Shown here piece after piece: positions 10,768 to 19,805 of a stretch of DNA of 64,000 nucleotides. The notes below the pieces were generated by a model that was not told where the DNA came from, made no database searches, and saw nothing but the letters and a program-made list of their open reading frames with translations. The first letter of the stretch is position 1, and the number at the start of each line of letters is the position of its first letter. The DNA is taken from positions 49,563-113,562 of IMG/VR virus record IMGVR_UViG_3300037516_000306; one strand, given 5' to 3'. The stretch comes from a virus. Position numbers and translations under genes: made by a program.

Positions 10768-10903
10768 CAAACGCTATTGGTTCTCTCCTATAAGGAGTCT
10801 TCATCCAACCAAAACCTATTCTCTTTGAGTATCATCCATCCCAAAACCTTTTTCACACATCGAGTACATAAATCATTAATAACAATTAAAAACAGAAAAC
10901 AAA

Positions 10904-11305
10904 ATGAAAAATTACGTAATCAACAATGGTGCTTTTACAGCAAATGGTAACTTCAGTGGATACACCGCTCTTGGTGTTAGAGTTCACTTACACAAACGTC
11001 AAATGAATGCATTAGGCTGGGAACAAACAGCAGACGTTGCTTTTCCTTTCTTCTGCATTGCAGAGACTAAACAAATTGGTTCACTAGACGCTAGTGGTAA
11101 TCCTGTTATGGACAACAATGGTGTTGAAATCAAATCAGACAGACTAACTGCTTTGAGTGCTTTCAAAACTAAAGGGGAAATCACACAGGCTCATGCTGAC
11201 AGTTCTTTACTAGACGTTGAAATTCAACAAGCTATTAGAACACAGGCTAGTTCTGCAGGATTAAGCGAGAATGCAATCAACACACTTGCTAACGCATCAT
11301 TCTAA
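10904..11305 (+). CDS. Early hypothetical protein
   Basis: Long A-rich leader; followed by strong terminator. Confidence 0.7.
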   Translation: MKNYVINNGAFTANGNFSGYTALGVRVHLHKRQMNALGWEQTADVAFPFFCIAETKQIGSLDASGNPVMDNNGVEIKSDRLTALSAFKTKGEITQAHADSSLLDVEIQQAIRTQASSAGLSENAINTLANASF

Positions 11306-11315
11306 TGTAACACAC

Positions 11316-11350
11316 AGAGAGGCTATTCACAACGAATAGCTTCTCTTTGT
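11316..11350 (+). terminator. Rho-independent terminator
   Basis: AGAGAGGCTATTC-ACAAC-GAATAGCTTCTCT followed by T-rich run. Confidence 0.7.
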
Positions 11351-11655
11351 TATTATATATAAGGGTGGGATTATAAAATTGGGTGGGCTTAATATAAAAA
11401 CAAACTTTCTTCCTATATATATAGGTAAAAACTTGCTATTGATATGCGAGTTGTATAATAAACTATTAAGTCAAAGGTACATTGGATTGTATCATTTACT
11501 GAATACCTATATATATATAGAATAAAACTTTTTACGAGGGAGAAAAAAACTTTTTGTGTGTATAATATTATAGCAGTGGATACATAAGCAACATAAAAGG
11601 CCTTGGATAACAAAAGGAAAAATCAACCAACATAAATAATATATATAGCATTACA

Positions 11656-11856
11656 ATGGAAATAACAATCAACAAAGGTACAAATGATGTCATTATGGAC
11701 ATAGAAGATCTTATAGTCTTATTAGAATATAAACTTATTGCTCTTAATAGATATAAAGATGATGGGTTAGATGTTTCTTTACAAATTATAAATACACAGA
11801 AGAGTCATATACATTTACAAGAATATCTTTTATCTCTATATAAAGAAGAAGAATAA
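11656..11856 (+). CDS. Hypothetical protein
   Basis: ORF track, A-rich leader. Confidence 0.5.
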   Translation: MEITINKGTNDVIMDIEDLIVLLEYKLIALNRYKDDGLDVSLQIINTQKSHIHLQEYLLSLYKEEE

Positions 11857-11975
11857 TTAGCTCTCTTACGGGCTTAACCAAAATACACATCACATGTTCG
11901 CAGGCTATAAACCTACATTCTGTAAAGCATGGTTTAGTGGTGTGTATATTTTTAACCTCCTTAATAATAAACAAT

Positions 11976-12293
11976 ATGAGAAACGCTAAAGAAGAATTTT
12001 TAAGTATGGTAGGTAGCACTGAATTGTTATGTGCTGAGATATCTTACCAAGATTGTTGGGATCGTGAATCACCAGGTTCTGAACATAAATTACCTGTTGG
12101 ATATACAGAAGAACAATACAATAGTTTTGTTGAGTCATTAGATTTTGAATATGATTCAGGATATGGTGGACAAGAACTATTTGGTTGTATTTGGTTCAAA
12201 GATGGTACATGGGCAGATAGAGGTGAATATGATGGAAGTGAATGGTGGCAACATCATGAATGTCCTGTTGTTCCTAAGTCATTACTATTTTAA
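11976..12293 (+). CDS. Hypothetical phage protein (YDSGYGGQEL..GEYDGSEWW family)
   Basis: Start moved to ATG 11976; motif recalled as recurring in phage proteins. Confidence 0.65.
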   Translation: MRNAKEEFLSMVGSTELLCAEISYQDCWDRESPGSEHKLPVGYTEEQYNSFVESLDFEYDSGYGGQELFGCIWFKDGTWADRGEYDGSEWWQHHECPVVPKSLLF

Positions 12294-12600
12294 CAATACT
12301 AGTACACAATGTAGAGAACATTCTTTCACATTTATATTGTGTTAACAACCAGCCACTGTATAATCCAAGGATTAGGTGTGGAGAAAGATGCAACGTATAA
12401 ATGATATTAGCTTACCCATCGTGGTCCAATAAACAGCTATTATCAATGTGCAATTACGTTGTAAAAAGAACTTGCTTTATATAATATCATCTGAGATGAA
12501 GAATGCGCTTAGTACTGAGCAAGCAAGCTGTTCATATAAAACAGGTAGCAGATGATCTTATATAACAAACGTTTAAATATTAATCCTTAATAACAAACAA

Positions 12601-12720
12601 ATGAAAAATTCAAAAACTTATGCTATTGTAGCATTATTACTTATTGCTCTTGCATTAGAGAGCTGTGCATCACGTTGTGGTCAACAAAGAAGATATTGGT
12701 CTAAACATAGAGCAGTATGA
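12601..12720 (+). CDS. 39-aa putative lipoprotein
   Basis: MKNSKTYAIVALLLIALALESCASRCGQQRRYWSKHRAV; signal peptide with lipobox-like LES-C. Confidence 0.55.
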   Translation: MKNSKTYAIVALLLIALALESCASRCGQQRRYWSKHRAV

Positions 12721-12843
12721 TAACGATATGCATCATGCCTAATTTCAAAGGCACAAGACAGGAACATTGTCAAGCACTATTTATATGTCTATTCTTAGAT
12801 ATGGTATACTTAGTGCCATTATTAATCTTATAACTTATACATT

Positions 12844-13008
12844 ATGATTACATTGTATATTATTATCACATACCTGGTTAATCTGGGTATGATGATAGCA
12901 TCATTTAAAGATGCTTCAAGAATATCAGCAGAATCTTGGTTCGTATTATTTATTAGTCCAATCACATGTCCAATCATCATTGGTATGACAATAGCAGATA
13001 AAGAATAA
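12844..13008 (+). CDS. Small membrane protein
   Basis: MITLYIIITYLVNLGMMIASF...WFVLFISPITCPIIIG; two hydrophobic segments. Confidence 0.5.
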   Translation: MITLYIIITYLVNLGMMIASFKDASRISAESWFVLFISPITCPIIIGMTIADKE

Positions 13009-13223
13009 TGAGTGAGTCAAGTAGAATACTAGTAGAACTTGTAGAAGCTCAGGAGAGTGCATTACAAACAGCAAATGAGTTGTTAACTGTAAAAGATGAA
13101 CTAATAGAACTATTACAAGATGAGATTACATTACGTAAGAAACAAAATGTTGCTCTATGTGGTGTAATGATAACATGTTTTGTTGTATTTGGATTTATCG
13201 CTTCAATATATCGTATATTATGA
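13008..13223 (+). CDS. Coiled-coil protein with C-terminal TM helix
   Basis: ORF track; coupled to upstream ORF. Confidence 0.55.
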   Translation: MSESSRILVELVEAQESALQTANELLTVKDELIELLQDEITLRKKQNVALCGVMITCFVVFGFIASIYRIL

Positions 13224-13543
13224 GACGTAGAATACAGAGAGGCACATTAGTTGGTTCAACTGACAGGTTTAGAGCAATCAAGTCTAGAAGAATGATTGTT
13301 GAAGTGTTATATAATTTCAGACATGGGATTATAAAAGAACGTACAATAGATGTACGAGAAAGTATTGAACAGTAAATAATTTGGTTAATTGTTTGTTTTA
13401 TTTATCCCTGTAGATTATATTTGCAGGGATATTTATTAAAAAGGTGCTTGTAACTAATCTTACAAATGATTATATGTCGTACAAGCTAAGTACTATTCGT
13501 GAAGCCTTAGTGGTCTTGCATCCACATTAAACTTGCAAGATTT

Positions 13544-13865
13544 GGGGGTGACTGGTTTTGACAGGTTACCAATAATTAGTACAATCAGCCAGAGAGATAA
13601 CTGTAAACTAAGGTGAATTGATTAAATGGCAAAAACACAAGTCGTGTAGTGTCTCTAGGAGATAACGCACAAGTAGAAGCTAACATGAACAAAGTATTCT
13701 CTCTATTGGGAGAAGAAGTTGCTGTAGCAGCCTAAATTAATGAGATTTCTCTATTAGATTAAATAGAGTGGTGGATTATCTCAAGCCTAGCTTGACCCTA
13801 AATAAGCTGTATAAATTGTATTAATGAACGTAGTTTGGACAGGAGTTCGACTCTCCTCACCTCCA
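13544..13865 (+). ncRNA. ssrA: tmRNA; tag frame 13628-13735 encodes GKNTSRVVSLGDNAQVEANMNKVFSLLGEEVAVAA
   Basis: 5' GGGGGTGACTGGTTTTGAC; 3' GGAC-AGGAGTTCGACTCTCCT-CACCTCCA with T-arm and acceptor stem containing G3-U alanine identity pair; tag ends in AA-stop; CCA not encoded. Confidence 0.93.
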
Positions 13866-13869
13866 CAAT

Positions 13870-13895
13870 AAGCCTCTGTAACAAGAGGCTTTTTT
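13870..13895 (+). terminator. Terminator hairpin after tmRNA (GTAACA loop)
   Basis: AAGCCTCT-GTAACA-AGAGGCTT followed by T run. Confidence 0.75.
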
Positions 13896-14419
13896 ATTTA
13901 TAAATCCTTAATAATTAAAAAACATGAAGACAATCACATTAAAACCAACTGAGTTCTATCAGTTCAGACAATTAGCATTTGCAATGAGTATTGCATTTGC
14001 ATGTACAATAGCACAAGGTGTGTATATTGTAGAAGCCAATATAGACCAACTTAAACAGTTGGGTTATTAAGGAGGAGAATTATGGGCTCTGTAACAGGAG
14101 CCCTTATTCTTTAATCTAAAGCAAATAATATTATGGTAGATATATCAATTATTGAACAGTTAGGATTAACTGATGACCAAGTACGTAATATTGTACTAGA
14201 GTGGTATACAAATGGTATGTGTTCTTGCATTTTTCAAAATGAAGAAGGAGAAGACCTAGAAGAATATCTTGAACAATGAAACAACTAATCATTAAACATA
14301 AGAAACCTATAGTGATAATTATAGGTCTTATAGCATTGAATCTATATTTTGGCTTTGATGCCAGATTTACAATCATTAACTTATTATGGTTATTATTATA
14401 AACAATAAAAAATAAAACT

Positions 14420-14662
14420 ATGGAAAAAGAAATCACAAAGAAAAGAATGATGAAAAGAAAAAAAGGTAGAGCTATAAGAGAAGCTTTAGAACAATTAAAC
14501 ATAGGAGAAGGATTTAATAAACAACAATTCATTGTATCTGTATGGGGAGATGTTGATTATTTCTTAGAGCGTGCTTTTGATGCTATGTTCTGTGAAATTA
14601 AAAAAGAGTTTGCTGATAGAAAATTTAAATCTATAAAGAAAGTAGTAACTAGAATATCATGA
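14420..14662 (+). CDS. Basic hypothetical protein
   Basis: ORF track. Confidence 0.55.
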   Translation: MEKEITKKRMMKRKKGRAIREALEQLNIGEGFNKQQFIVSVWGDVDYFLERAFDAMFCEIKKEFADRKFKSIKKVVTRIS

Positions 14663-14919
14663 ACAAGAAAGAAAGAATCTTATTTCACAAAATAGCAGCA
14701 TTAACTAATCTATTGATAATGGAATTAGATGAGATGAAACCAACAGCAGAGATTGGTGCAAACATGCATCAGAAAGCTAAAGAGTTCATTAATACATTAG
14801 AACCATTCATTGAAGCAACATTTGATAGTGAACAAATAAAGAATGGTACATATCTAATAGATCTGTGTCACAAGGTTGATACAGTGATAAGAAAGAATTA
14901 CGAACTAATAACAGATTAG
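14659..14919 (+). CDS. Hypothetical protein
   Basis: ATGA-coupled ORF. Confidence 0.6.
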   Translation: MNKKERILFHKIAALTNLLIMELDEMKPTAEIGANMHQKAKEFINTLEPFIEATFDSEQIKNGTYLIDLCHKVDTVIRKNYELITD

Positions 14920-14921
14920 CA

Positions 14922-15302
14922 ATGAAAAAACTATTATTAGGAGCTCTACTACTATTGAGCACATTAATGTTCTCTCAATCAGAGACATTTGTTAAGAAAT
15001 ACACCTCTATGGTGTCAAAGAAAGAAGGTGTATTACAACCATGGGAACAAGTGGATGTAACTGTTGTATTCAATGCTAAAGGAGGAAAAGATATAGTGTT
15101 TTATTATACTAATGGTAATACACGTTCATTTCATCAGATCAGTTCAGTTACACAAAGTAAAACTGAAAATGGTCAAGGTTATCAATTCATTGACTGTGTT
15201 GATCAAGATGGTACTAAGGTTGGTATACAGCTATTTGATGATGACACATGTTTAAGAATATTGATAGCTAAAGGCTATATGGTTGAATTTCATAACGATT
15301 AA
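14922..15302 (+). CDS. Secreted protein with Bacteroidota-type signal peptide
   Basis: MKKLLLGALLLLSTLMFS-Q, Gln at +1. Confidence 0.65.
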   Translation: MKKLLLGALLLLSTLMFSQSETFVKKYTSMVSKKEGVLQPWEQVDVTVVFNAKGGKDIVFYYTNGNTRSFHQISSVTQSKTENGQGYQFIDCVDQDGTKVGIQLFDDDTCLRILIAKGYMVEFHND

Positions 15303-15309
15303 AAGAACT

Positions 15310-15543
15310 ATGAAAAAACAAACATTAAGACTATATATCGATGATATACTTCTAGAGGTTACAGGATATTACATTCCAGAAGAACCAACAGAATGGTATG
15401 ATGATAACATGAGTGGTCATCCAGGATATGCTGCTGATTTTGAAATAGAATCAGTAAAGGTAGAAGGAATAGATATACTTCAAATCATTAGTAGTGAAGT
15501 ATACAGTGAAATAATAAAAAAATCAATAGAACAACAATCATGA
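15310..15543 (+). CDS. Hypothetical protein
   Basis: Likely start ATG 15310. Confidence 0.55.
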   Translation: MKKQTLRLYIDDILLEVTGYYIPEEPTEWYDDNMSGHPGYAADFEIESVKVEGIDILQIISSEVYSEIIKKSIEQQS

Positions 15544-15773
15544 AAATAGAAAACGGAAAATGGGTAGACCAATATGGTGACCCTGTAACAGTATTTACTT
15601 ATGATAAGATGAGAGAGATTGGAGACAATCTTGTAAACTTATATGGTGAAGATATCACCTATAGTAGAATCAATTTGATATCTACTATCAAAACTCTTAC
15701 ACCTAAACAAGAAGATGATCTTGCTTATGTATTGAGTCAAGATGGTGCAATATCTAGATTAGCAGGCTATTAA
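15540..15773 (+). CDS. Hypothetical protein
   Basis: Coupled ORF. Confidence 0.55.
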   Translation: MKIENGKWVDQYGDPVTVFTYDKMREIGDNLVNLYGEDITYSRINLISTIKTLTPKQEDDLAYVLSQDGAISRLAGY

Positions 15774-15792
15774 TCATTAAAACAAACAAACA

Positions 15793-16149
15793 ATGGCAAA
15801 ATTAAACGAAGAAATCCAGAAAGTAATTGATAACGCTAGTGATGTGTTATACAGAGAAGAAATCTATATCAATGATAGACATGAATATGATTATCATAAG
15901 CTACAAGCTACACCAGATGTAACAGTTCATACACTATATTTTAGTGATGATGATTCATGGGCAGAGCATATCAAGAAACAAGTTGCAATGCAATTAGTAG
16001 ATGATGGTAATGGTGTAGAGATCATTGGTGCTTGTAATAAAAAACACATTAGTTATCTAGAAGCTGAACAATTACATATATTGTTAAGACTGTCTAGTTC
16101 ACACAGTGTATATCAAATCACTGAACCTGCAGTTAAAAAAGAGTTCTAA
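15793..16149 (+). CDS. Hypothetical protein
   Basis: ORF track. Confidence 0.6.
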   Translation: MAKLNEEIQKVIDNASDVLYREEIYINDRHEYDYHKLQATPDVTVHTLYFSDDDSWAEHIKKQVAMQLVDDGNGVEIIGACNKKHISYLEAEQLHILLRLSSSHSVYQITEPAVKKEF

Positions 16150-16613
16150 TGTGGTATCCAGCAGAAATATCATTATCAAGCTACATGCCTCCAGAATTGG
16201 AGGTAGGTATGCTTTTCATCAATAGAATATCTGTTGGTGTGATAGAACCATACATTGAGCTCTTTGAGCTTGAAGAGGTTCCTGAAGATGCTGATGTATT
16301 TATGTCCAAACATGGTGCACCTGTACAATTAGTAATCAATGATGATGAAGCAAATATAATTGCTACACATAATCAAATAGGTTGGTGGGATGATGGAGAT
16401 GATACAGATGAATATAGAGATGTCACACTAGATGATATAAATTATATATTTAGAGAACTTGATGGTTATGTTGATATTGAAATGGATGAGTATGGTGCAT
16501 TTTTAGTAGAAGATAGAATAGTTTTATCACTTGTAGATGAATACTATTATGATTATGAAGATCCTGATGAGATATGGGATGAAACATTAAACGATGGACT
16601 AGAAGAATTATGA
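16149..16613 (+). CDS. Very acidic hypothetical protein
   Basis: Asp/Glu-rich 154 aa. Confidence 0.6.
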   Translation: MWYPAEISLSSYMPPELEVGMLFINRISVGVIEPYIELFELEEVPEDADVFMSKHGAPVQLVINDDEANIIATHNQIGWWDDGDDTDEYRDVTLDDINYIFRELDGYVDIEMDEYGAFLVEDRIVLSLVDEYYYDYEDPDEIWDETLNDGLEEL

Positions 16614-16852
16614 TATCAGAGAAAAGATTCAAAGATGAAAGACTAATTGCATACAGTGCAATAGATAAGATTAAATCAGCTGCTAAAGTAATACCATCAG
16701 ATGATCCAACACATAAGAACGGTGTTAACTATCTTATATCAAAGAAAGAGTATCATGCTATTATTGAGACTGTGTTTGAACAGAGATGTGCTAAACATAT
16801 GAATCGAGAATCTATTAGACAGTTTATTGACAAACAATTGAAAAAGTTGTAA
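16610..16852 (+). CDS. Hypothetical protein
   Basis: Coupled ORF. Confidence 0.55.
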   Translation: MISEKRFKDERLIAYSAIDKIKSAAKVIPSDDPTHKNGVNYLISKKEYHAIIETVFEQRCAKHMNRESIRQFIDKQLKKL

Positions 16853-16885
16853 CCAAATTTGTTAGAATAATATAACTATTTTAAT

Positions 16886-16893
16886 TATCTTTG
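16886..16893 (+). promoter_or_regulatory. Bacteroidota-type -7 promoter box (TATCTTTG)
   Basis: TAnnTTTG ahead of the replication operon; similar boxes near 32433, 35605, 54508 (-), 56670 and 60314 (-). Confidence 0.55.
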
Positions 16894-16899
16894 TAGGCT

Positions 16900-17097
16900 A
16901 TGAAATTTATAAATTATTTAGTAAGATGGATATCAAATAATCTCGCTATTCCTTTCTGGATGGTGGGACATATCCATCTTACTACTAACGTATATGAGGA
17001 CATATATGAGATAATAGCTTCATTTGGAATGAATATTATTGTAGCAATTGGCTTTTGGCTAGATTGGAGAGACCACAAAAACACAACAAGACAATGA
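16900..17097 (+). CDS. Small two-TM membrane protein
   Basis: Hydrophobic segments; coupled to polB. Confidence 0.55.
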   Translation: MKFINYLVRWISNNLAIPFWMVGHIHLTTNVYEDIYEIIASFGMNIIVAIGFWLDWRDHKNTTRQ

Positions 17098-19058
17098 AAG
17101 ATAACGTAATTATTTATGACATAGAAACCATGCAAGAACTATTCTTAGTTGTATGTATGGTGCCTGGTAAAGCTGGTAAGAGCTTTCAAGTATCTAAATG
17201 GAAGAACGAACTAGATAAGTTTGTTAGATACACAGAAGCTAATGCTGATGCTTATTGGGTAGGATATAATAATCTACGCTTTGATAGTCAAGTTGTTGAA
17301 TGGATCTTAAGAAACTGTGACAACTGGCATGAACTATCTAATCTAGAGATCACTGCTAGAATAGCACAGAAAGCTGCTGATGTTATCCATGATGCTAACT
17401 ATGATGTATTCCCAGAATACAGAGAGCACGAGCTATCATTGAAACAACTTGATTTGTTTAAGATACATCATTATGATAATAAGAATCGTATGGTGTCATT
17501 AAAAAGATTAGAGTTTGAGATGGACCTAGAGAACATTGAAGAGATGCCTATACATCACACCAAGACTAACATGACCAAGGAAGAGATAGAACTCACAATT
17601 GATTATTGTTATAATGATGTTGATGCTACATATGAATTCTACAAGATAACTATAGGTAAGACTGATCACCCATTATACAAGGGTAACAATCAAATAGAGC
17701 TGAGACAAGATATTGAAGCTGAGTTTGGTATACCCTGTCTGAACTATTCAGATAGTAAGATAGGTGATGAGATGATTAAGAAGTATTACTGTTCTGAGAA
17801 AGGAATAGACTACAGAGAGCTTCCTAAGAAAGGATATTTCAGGAAGAGTATTAACGTAAAGAATTGTATTGCTAAGTATGTAACATTTGAAACTGATCAA
17901 CTAAAAGATTTCTTGAAGAAGATTACAAAGATGCAGCTTGGCTTACAAGATGATTTCAAAGAGCATATAGATTTCTATGGAAATGTATATTCTTTTATGA
18001 AAGGTGGTCTTCATACAGAGAACAAACCATATGTGTTTGAAGCTGATGAAGAGTGTGAGATAATCGATTGGGATGTGTCTAGTTACTATCCAGCTATCAT
18101 CATCAACAATGGGCAGTTTCCTGCTCATTTAGGTAAAGAATTCCTTAGGGGATACAAACAGATGTTTGATAAGAGATTGGAGCTTAAACCGCTTGCAAAG
18201 AAAGATAAAAAGATTAAGGGAATTGTAGGAGCTCTTAAACTTGCAGTTAACTCTGTGTATGGTAAATCATCTGATATGCTAAATTGGATCTATGATAGGC
18301 AATTAACTATGTTCACCACTATAACTGGTGAGCTTAGCTTGATGATGCTTATTGAAAAATATGAAACCAATGGCATACATGTGATCTCTGCAAACACAGA
18401 TGGTGTAACTATCAAGATTAAGAAAGAACTCATTCCCTTAATGCATGATATCAATGCATGGTGGTGTGACATAACTCAATATGAGTTGGAGAGAACAGAC
18501 TACTCTAAGATTATCTTTAGTACTGTTAATGATTACTTAGCAATTATGACCAATGGTGAAATTAAGAAAAAAGGTGATTTCCTTACTGACTTTGAGTTAC
18601 ACAAGAATAAATCAGCACGAGTGGTTCCGATTGCTCTTGAGCAGTGGTTTGTTCATGGTGTACCTGTTGATGTTACGATACGTAATCATCAAAATCTATA
18701 TGACTTTTGTCTAAGACAAAAAGCAACCAGAAGCTTCCATTATGAAGGTACTGATAGAATAACAGGAGAAGTTACAGTGTATGATAAGTTAATTCGTTAT
18801 TATATATCTAACCATGGTAAAAAGATACTAAAGATAAAGAATGCTGAGTGTCAGACTAGAGCTGCTGCTGTGAGCCAAGTGGAAGCTGGTGAATGGTTAG
18901 CAACAGTTTGTAACTACTTACCAAAAGGTAGTGTTGTTGATAATGTAAATTATAATTACTATATTGAGAAAGCCAACAGAATCATTACAAAGATTCAGAC
19001 TGAGGGTAAGAGAATTAAAACAGTATATATTCCTAATCAATTAAATCTATTTGAATGA
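17094..19058 (+). CDS. polB: Family B DNA polymerase
   Basis: Exo I YDIE, Exo II YNNLRFD, Exo III YCYND; pol motifs DVSSYYP, KLAVNSVYG, ANTDG; start moved to ATG 17094. Confidence 0.93.
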   Translation: MKDNVIIYDIETMQELFLVVCMVPGKAGKSFQVSKWKNELDKFVRYTEANADAYWVGYNNLRFDSQVVEWILRNCDNWHELSNLEITARIAQKAADVIHDANYDVFPEYREHELSLKQLDLFKIHHYDNKNRMVSLKRLEFEMDLENIEEMPIHHTKTNMTKEEIELTIDYCYNDVDATYEFYKITIGKTDHPLYKGNNQIELRQDIEAEFGIPCLNYSDSKIGDEMIKKYYCSEKGIDYRELPKKGYFRKSINVKNCIAKYVTFETDQLKDFLKKITKMQLGLQDDFKEHIDFYGNVYSFMKGGLHTENKPYVFEADEECEIIDWDVSSYYPAIIINNGQFPAHLGKEFLRGYKQMFDKRLELKPLAKKDKKIKGIVGALKLAVNSVYGKSSDMLNWIYDRQLTMFTTITGELSLMMLIEKYETNGIHVISANTDGVTIKIKKELIPLMHDINAWWCDITQYELERTDYSKIIFSTVNDYLAIMTNGEIKKKGDFLTDFELHKNKSARVVPIALEQWFVHGVPVDVTIRNHQNLYDFCLRQKATRSFHYEGTDRITGEVTVYDKLIRYYISNHGKKILKIKNAECQTRAAAVSQVEAGEWLATVCNYLPKGSVVDNVNYNYYIEKANRIITKIQTEGKRIKTVYIPNQLNLFE

Positions 19059-19321
19059 AAGCTAAAGTAAATCGTACAAACATCTCTGAGCATCTAGTTC
19101 AATACCAATTAAAAATGATTGGTAAAACAATGTTAGATGTTGAGGGTGATGAAGAGTGGTATACAAACAATACCATGACACAAGAACAACATGAGGAATT
19201 CAAGCGTTATGCTATTCCTCTATTAAAGAAGATTTTTAAATTTAACAAAGGGAAGGCTGAAGAAACATTTGGTTGGTTCAACCTACAGTTTGGCCTTCGC
19301 ATTAAAAAAGAAGAATTATGA
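19055..19321 (+). CDS. Hypothetical protein
   Basis: Coupled ORF. Confidence 0.6.
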   Translation: MKAKVNRTNISEHLVQYQLKMIGKTMLDVEGDEEWYTNNTMTQEQHEEFKRYAIPLLKKIFKFNKGKAEETFGWFNLQFGLRIKKEEL

Positions 19322-19590
19322 ATGTATTTATTATTATTATCTGTGTAGCTGTTATTGCAGTGGCTGTGTTATATTTCTCAGCAAAGAATGCTCAAGAGAT
19401 TAAAGAAGAAGAACCTAGATTTCAACCTAGAAAGGTGTCTTACATCCCTAAGAAAGATGTTATTGATTCTACAGACAAGCCTAAGAGAAAGTATTACAAG
19501 AAGAGAAACAAGAAGAAGAAACCAACTGTTGCAGATAATGCAACACCTGTTGAGAAAAGACCTGTTGGAAGACCTAGAAAAACTGAATAG
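19318..19590 (+). CDS. Membrane-anchored basic protein with AT-hook-like GRPRK
   Basis: N-terminal TM helix, Lys/Arg cluster, KRPVGRPRK. Confidence 0.55.
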   Translation: MNVFIIIICVAVIAVAVLYFSAKNAQEIKEEEPRFQPRKVSYIPKKDVIDSTDKPKRKYYKKRNKKKKPTVADNATPVEKRPVGRPRKTE

Positions 19591-19805
19591 TGGACTGGGG
19601 AATAGAAGATTGGGAATATCCCAATGACCACATCTATGCTATAGAAAGACAGAAAGATGTTGAAGCTTCTTGGCAACAGTGGGAGGAAGAGCAGATGTCT
19701 AAGAATAGACTACCTGCAATTATTAAAATACAAACACCAATATTAAACGATGAAGCTAGCTGTAACACCAGAACAGTTCGAAGAGCTCATCAAGAGAGGT
19801 TATAA
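19590..19805 (+). CDS. Hypothetical protein
   Basis: GTG start coupled to upstream stop. Confidence 0.4.
   Translation: MDWGIEDWEYPNDHIYAIERQKDVEASWQQWEEEQMSKNRLPAIIKIQTPILNDEASCNTRTVRRAHQERL

Noticed and set aside
12481-12560. Hammerhead ribozyme (CTGAGATGA)
   Set aside because: Core CUGANGA/GAAA and cleavage-site geometry are not satisfied
13836-13868. Stand-alone tRNA
   Set aside because: The T-arm and acceptor strand pair with 13544-13550 as the tRNA-like domain of the tmRNA
674-19058. Group I introns or inteins in MCP, TerL or PolB
   Set aside because: ORFs are uninterrupted, of normal size, and show no intein motifs
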